Source of the DNA: Octopus sinensis
Lineage: Eukaryota
Length of the DNA: 13,686 nt
Reading direction: 5' to 3'
Assembly: GCF_006345805.1 (NCBI RefSeq)
Contig: NW_021826017.1
Span: 1 to 13,686 of the forward strand
Shown: positions 7,471 to 13,686 of the stretch, one piece after another
Layout of the letters: every line of letters begins with the position of its first letter
How positions within the stretch are numbered: the stretch's first letter is position 1
Program-made: the position numbers and the translations under genes
Notes under the pieces: model-generated
Told to the model about the DNA's origin: nothing
The model's database searches: none
Seen by the model: the letters and a program-made list of their open reading frames with translations, nothing else

Positions 7471-7485
7471 CATTTATATATATAT
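7320..7485. repeat. (TA)n and (TATC)n microsatellite
   Basis: Read directly from the sequence. Confidence 0.95.
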
Positions 7486-7656
7486 TGCGTATCATACCCA
7501 AACTATTATATTTAATCTCTTTATCCGCATCATTGCCTCCTTATCGACTCACCTTCATCCCTCTTATAGCCGTTCTTTACTCCGCGAAATTGGTACCTAG
7601 TAAAGACAGCAGAAACTAAGTCTGAATCTCTGGATCTCATTTGTTGACGATATATA

Positions 7657-8055
7657 TCTTTTATTCTTTTATTCTTTTGCTTGATTCAGTCAATTGACTC
7701 TGTCCATGCTGGAGCACCGCTTTTTATTCGAAGAAATCGACCCCTGGACGTATTCTTTGTAAGCTTGGTGCTTATTCTATCGGTCTCTTCTGCCGAACTG
7801 CTAAGCTATGGGGACTTAAACACGCCAACATTGGTTGTCAAGTGATGGTGGGGAGGGGGACAAATACAGACACAAACGCACACGCTCACACGCACACACG
7901 CAGACGAGCTTCTTTCAGTTTCCGTCTACCAAATCCAGTCACAAGACGTTGGTCAGCCCGAGGCTATAGTGGAAGACAGTTGTCTGAGGTGCCATGCATT
8001 AGGACTGAACCCGGAACAATGGGGTTGGGAAGAAAGCTTCTTACCACATAGTCAC
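7657..8055 (-). mobile_element. Near full-length (~400 bp) tRNA-headed SINE, same family as 2283-2430, 2700-2805 and 13462-13600
   Basis: On the minus strand: A-box-like TGACTATGTGG (~8044-8054), B-box-like GGGTTCAGTCC (8002-8012), an internal (TG)n tract and a (GAATAAAA)n 3' tail at 7657-7678. It has several internal matches to other fragments in the window. Confidence 0.85.
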
Positions 8056-8189
8056 AGATGAAATCCATAAATTCTCGGTATAGAAAACACTTACTATCGC
8101 CAGATTTAAAACAAAAAAACAAAAAAAAAAAAGAAACAAAGGAAAAAAACTAGAAAAGGAAAAAAGCACTTGAAAACTAGAAAAAGTAC

Positions 8190-8280
8190 TGTGTTCGTGC
8201 AAGCCCTTCAGAGCGATGCCCCAACAGGACCGCAGTCCACATGACTGCAACAAGTAAACGAAAAAAGGAAGAAAAAATAA
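8190..8280 (+). mobile_element. Diverged SINE 3' tail fragment
   Basis: AGCGATGCCCCAACAGGACCGCAGTCCACATGACTGCAACAAGTAAA aligns to the reverse complement of ~7675-7722 and is followed by an A-rich tail. Confidence 0.6.
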
Positions 8281-8484
8281 GACAAAAGCTTCTGCCCTGT
8301 TTTGTTTCGTATCCGCAAGAATCCTGGGACGTCATAATCATCACGAATTGTCCAACGTATATCCTTCAACTGAAGACGGCAGGCTATGATTAGAGAGATA
8401 TTTGACTGCTGTTGCTATCGGGTTATGCAACCACTTAAGGTTCCGCCCAACTTCGTTCGATCGTACGGTTGATGTTGTTCAACA

Positions 8485-8605
8485 TTGGCGGCGTCGGCGG
8501 CGACGTCGGTGATGGTGGTGGTGGTGGTGGTGTAGATAGTGTTTGAGTCTGTTGTAGTTGCTGCTGCGTTGTTGTTATTGTTGTTTTCTGGTGGTGGTGG
8601 CTGTG
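8485..8605. repeat. Degenerate (GGC/GGT/GTT)n trinucleotide tract
   Basis: Read directly. It is in the opposite orientation to the (CCA/CAA)n tracts downstream. Confidence 0.85.
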
Positions 8606-8785
8606 GTTTGTTGCTTTCTTCATTTCCTCTTACCATCTCTGATTAAATCTTCTCCTTTCGAGTCTTGCTCTAAGATCTAAAGGCCGCTTGCTATAAATTC
8701 TGTTTGCTCCGCCATTTTTCGACGTCGGATCAAAGAGTATTTCGGGATTGTTCTCGTTCAGCGGCCTTTTGTTTGCTATTGCATA

Positions 8786-10091
8786 CCACCACCACCACCA
8801 CCACCACCACCCACCACCACCACCACCACCACCACCACCCACCAAACCACCACCACCGCCACCACCACCACCACCACCACCATTACTACAAACAACAACA
8901 CCAGCACCAACACACATACACACACAAACACACTCTACTAACAATACCAACACCACCACCACCACCATCACCACCACCACCACCACCACCACCACTACCA
9001 CCAACACCAACACTACCACCACCACTGGCTCCCTCTATGCTCTCTACTATCTCAACTTACAGACTTATGCCCTCCGTATCCCCGCTACCCATCACCCAAC
9101 AACAAATACACACGCTCTCTCTCTTTCTCTCTCTCTCTCTCACTCACACACATACATACACACACACACACACCACTCAAACACGGAAACACAAACAACA
9201 ACAATCACAGCAACAACAACAACAATGGTATGAAAAACCATCATCATCACCATCACTATCATTATCTTTACTCGGCCACGCTCTCTCAAACAGATATACA
9301 AAACATATACATACATACATGCATACATACATACATACATACATACATACATACATACATACATACATACATACATACATACATACGTGCATGCAGGTAT
9401 GCATACATTTATATGTGTGTGTGTAGATATGTATGTAATATATATATATATATATATAATATATATATATATAATATATATATACATATGATATATGGTT
9501 TTACATAAATATGTATGTACATATAAATACATATATATATGTGTATGTTTGTATATATTTATATATGTGTATATTTATGTAAGCATATATACATATATAT
9601 GTCTGTCTATCTGTCTCTCTCTCTCTATATATATATAAGAGTATATACATATATATATACATATATATATACATGTATATATGTATATATGTGTATATGT
9701 ATTATATATATATATATATATACACACACATGCATAGCATATATATGTACACACACATACACATATATGTATATATATTTAAACGTACACACATACGCAA
9801 CCACTATTACACACAAACCCACAAACATAAGCACACGTATACACACATACATTCAAATAGCAACAACGTTCACAACAATGTCAACAACAACAAAATCACA
9901 ACCACAACCACAACAACAACAACATTTTCGCTTTTAAACTACTTAGAAACATAACCACACACACACAGATATATCCTAACCATACATACATAGGTACATA
10001 CACATACACACGCATTTATTTACATACATACATATGCATGTCTGTGTGTTATGTAAACAAACACATACATACAAGCATGTATGTTTGTGTG

Positions 10092-10140
<49 letters not shown>

Positions 10141-10271
10141 TATATATATACATATATATGTATATATATGTATATAATTATATATAACACACATGTATAT
10201 ATATATCTGGTGTACATATACATACAGGCATATAATATATAACACTATATATTTATATGTGTGTATATGTA

Positions 10272-10342
<71 letters not shown>

Positions 10343-10370
10343 TAGTGTGTGTGTGTGTGTGATATATACA
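8786..10370. repeat. Compound microsatellite field: (CCA)n, (CT)n, (CA)n, (CAA)n, (TACA)n, (TA)n
   Basis: Read directly from the sequence. Confidence 0.95.
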
Positions 10371-10399
10371 TACATGTTACTATGTGCACTCGCATATGT

Positions 10400-10667
10400 A
10401 CGCATAACCCTTGCCAGACGTACACTGGCACACGCACGCATGCGCACACGCACGATTCACAAATACAAGCATATACACATACACACACACACTGTCCCCC
10501 CCCTCTCTCTCTACACACACACGCATGCGCGCGCGCAGCTGCAGCGAAAGACACCATCATCATCATCATCAACAACATCATTATCGACATCGGAACAACA
10601 ACGCAAACAACAATAACAATAACAACAACAAAAGCAATGATGATAAACGGTAGGAAGCAACACCTAG

Positions 10668-10719
<52 letters not shown>

Positions 10720-11351
10720 CGTCCACAATCAACAGCAAGATGAAGAAGAAGTGCAACAACAACAGTTACAACAACAGCAACAATAATAAGATAAACAACG
10801 ACAACAACAAGAACAACAATCAGTGCCACCTTGAAAATAATATGGCGCAAATTTCTACATCAACAACAGCGCTAAATACACCATCACAACCACCGCCACC
10901 ACCGCCACCACTACTACTATTACCACCACCATCACCATCATCACTATCATCATTATCACAACTACCACCACCTGCACCACCGTCACCACCACCACCACCA
11001 TCGCCACCATCGCTACCATGGCTACCACAACCATCACCACAATCACCGCCGCCACCATGACCACCACCACCACCACCACCACCATTACCGCCGCCATCGC
11101 CATCACATAACCATCATCAACAAAAACATCATTCATCACCAACACCATCCTTACCATCACCGCCACCATCGCCGCCACCATCGCCGCCACCGCCACAGCC
11201 ACCACCACCACCACCACCACCACCGCGTCACCCACACGCACTACTACAAGCACCAATACCTGCATCATCATCATCGTCATCATCGTCGTCATCTTCCTCC
11301 TCCTCATCATCATCACCCTCACCACCCTCACCACCACCACCACCCCACCAC

Positions 11352-11389
<38 letters not shown>

Positions 11390-12065
11390 CCACCATCATC
11401 ATCATCATCATCATGATCATCATCACCACCATCACCACCACTACAATTTCCAACGCCAGTACCACCACCATTACAGCTAACACCAGCACGATGACCACAA
11501 GAACCGACCTACCCCACAAACCACCAGCATCACCACCACCAACAAAGCCTCCGCTCTACCAGCATGACTGCGACCGTTATTGTCAGTAATACCTACATGA
11601 TCCTTACAGGATCCACTTACGACCATCACCATCAAGGCCATCATTAACGCCACTACCTTGATACTATTATCATTCTTATGCCACCACCACCACCACCACC
11701 ACCACCACCACCACCACCACCACCACCACCACTACTTCCAACACCATCACCACCGCCGCCACCACCAGTGACAACAAAAACAATAAGAGCTGCTATCATG
11801 AGCTGCCCCACAAGCACCATCACTAAAACAACACCAGCAACTTCAATCATGACCACCACCGCCAGCAACAACAACAGCAACAACTACCATTATAGTCACC
11901 GCCACCATCGCCACCACTATCACCACCACCACCACCACCACCACCACTACCAGCAACAATTGCCGTCACAGCTTCCATCCCCGCCGCCCTTGCCACTGCC
12001 ACAACCTCCACTAGCACCACCACACCCCACCACCACCACCAACAACAACAACAATAGCAACAATT
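10400..12065. repeat. Degenerate (CA)n, (CAT)n, (CAA)n, (CAC)n low-complexity field
   Basis: Read directly. It is the source of the poly-Pro/His/Thr/Val/Met ORFs. Confidence 0.9.
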
Positions 12066-12072
12066 ATACTGC

Positions 12073-12150
12073 TGCCCGCCTTTCCGCCTGTCCGCCTTTC
12101 CGCCTGCTCGCCTTTCCGCCTGCCCGCCTGCCCGCCCGCCCGCCTGCCTG
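12073..12150. repeat. GC-rich degenerate 8/16-bp tandem repeat (CGCCTTTCCGCCTGTC-like x3) grading into (GCCC/GCCT)n
   Basis: Read directly from the sequence. Confidence 0.8.
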
Positions 12151-12424
12151 ACATCCCGCCCGTCCGCCTAGAAAAACCGCGAGAATTTGACATGAAGGTG
12201 GGGGGATACATCGGCTCCCATGGCTCCCTTACCGTCACCCCTCTCCTCGACGCACCCCACCCCATCCCAACTCCGCTCCTAAGGAACATTCATCCTTCAT
12301 CCTTAATTATTCAATAAGCTATTTGAAACGCAGCTAAAATCGGGTGATGGATTCTTCATGCATGAATGAATCTCGTTGAAATTTATACTAACATGTTTCA
12401 TATCTGACATCATGGCCGTTCTGT

Positions 12425-12860
12425 GTGTGTCTCTCTCTCTCTCACTCTCTCTCTCTCTCCCTCTCCCTCTCTCTCTCTCCCTCTTTCTCCCTCCTTCTCT
12501 TACTGGTTTTCTCTCATTCTCTGTCTCTTTCTTTCTGTCTTTCCCTATATCTCTCTGACTTTACCTCTCTCTCTCTCTCTTTCACTGTTTTTTCTCTCTC
12601 TCTCCTTCTCTCTGTCGCTCTATGCCTATCTCTCTCTCTCTCTCTCTCTCTATCTCTATCTATCTATCTTACACACTCTCTCACTCTCACTCTGTGTCTT
12701 TCTCTCTCTCTCTCTCACTCTGTCTCTGTCTCTTTCTCCCTGTCTTTTTCTATATCTCTCTTTCTCTCTCTGTTTCACTCTGTATCTCTCTCTGTCTCTT
12801 TGTCGCTCTTTGTCTCCCTCTCTGTCTCCTTCTCTCTGACTCTTCCCCCCTCTCTCTGTT
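12425..12860. repeat. ~430-bp degenerate (CT)n polypyrimidine tract
   Basis: Read directly. Triplex (H-DNA) potential follows from its mirror-repeat composition. Confidence 0.95.
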
Positions 12861-13004
12861 GTTGTTTTTGCCATTTGATATGGCGGCCATCTTTGCCACA
12901 ACCAGTTGCTTTTCTTGTCGAAAGCAACAGATTTCGCTATCTTCAGGAAATCTCTTCTTCCTTTCGGAAAAAAATCATCTCCGTCAGTACTTACAATACC
13001 AGCG

Positions 13005-13460
13005 CCTCTACCACAGCTGCCACCATCACTACCTCTACCTCTACGCCCGTCGCCACCATCACTACCACTACTACCAACAGCTCCACATCACTATCACCTG
13101 TACCACACAAACACCACCACTGTCACCATCAAACACCATCCGGGCCACAACAAACACTGCCGTCACCCGCCTCCTTCCCAACACCACCGCCTTCATCCAC
13201 CCCACCACTACTATCACCGACACTACTAAAAGTGCAAACACCCATGCTATCACCCGACTACCATCAGTGCTACTAACTACTATAACAACACTACACAACA
13301 ACCACCACTACTACTACTATAATAACAACCACTACTACTACGACTACTACTACTGCCACTGCTGCTGCCTCTTCTGCTGTTGCTGCTGCTGAAACTGCTA
13401 CTGCTACTACGTGTTCTACTACTACTACTACTATACTACTACTACCTACTATACTACTTA
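13005..13460. repeat. Degenerate (CAC)/(TAC)/(TGC)n trinucleotide tract
   Basis: Read directly from the sequence. Confidence 0.9.
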
Positions 13461-13461
13461 C

Positions 13462-13600
13462 GGGCTTATTCAGTTCCGTCTACCCCGGTTGTCCCGGAAG
13501 GTTAGTGTAAAATACATTTGCCGAAGGTGACATGTAGTAGAACTGAAACTTGGAACCACATAGTTGAGAAGCAACTTGTTACCACCACCACCACCTCCGA
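13462..13600 (-). mobile_element. 5' fragment of the same SINE family as 7657-8055
   Basis: GGGCTT..TCAGTT(T)CCGTCTACC and ACTGAA..GGAACCACATAGTTG..AAGCAA..TTACCAC are colinear with 7905-8050. Confidence 0.7.
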
Positions 13601-13686
13601 GCCAAGCCTTTGTTGAAGTTTTCAACTGTCAACGAAAGGCAATGTCCAACTATTATTGAACAGTCAGTGTATGAATCTGCAAGCAC

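Noticed and set aside
8634-8780. Neuropeptide precursor suggested by repeated KR-PL sites
   Set aside because: The KRPL recurrence is explained by a nearly self-complementary 10-bp DNA inverted repeat. There is no signal peptide and no repeated amidated peptide.
12905-12953. Minus-strand CTGAAGA-TAGC-GAAA as a minimal hammerhead
   Set aside because: Helix I cannot form, helix III is not palindromic, and the GAAA is sequestered by an AGATTTC/GAAATCT stem.
8630-13392. Long poly-Pro/His/Thr/Ser-Leu ORFs (up to 283 aa) resembling mucins or extensins
   Set aside because: Several frames on both strands are open over the same trinucleotide and (CT)n tracts, which is the mark of microsatellite rather than coding sequence.

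Overview
This is repeat-dense, non-coding eukaryotic (metazoan) DNA. Roughly half is microsatellite, and almost all ORFs in the supplied track are translations of those repeats. The microsatellite load and the SINE families resemble octopus/coleoid cephalopod genomes, but that is my recognition and is unverified. I find no intact host protein-coding gene, RNA gene or CRISPR array. The supported features are a decayed DD37D (maT)-type transposase relic (85-725, minus), an internally deleted D34D mariner with both TIRs and a TA TSD (4832-5666), several tRNA-headed SINE copies or fragments, and several foldback elements. The main signal is a set of type I hammerhead ribozyme (HHR) motifs with short palindromic helix III, the dimer-acting form associated with Penelope-like elements (PLEs) and retrozymes. 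Three unrelated sequence families carry one, all on the + strand: 1197-1225 (downstream of a tRNA-like Pol III promoter), 1911-1969 (near intact, in a ~330-nt terminally redundant unit) and 6829-6891 (core-damaged, overlapping a perfect 63-bp foldback). A possible fourth half-motif lies at ~7113. All folds were derived by hand and none has been tested.
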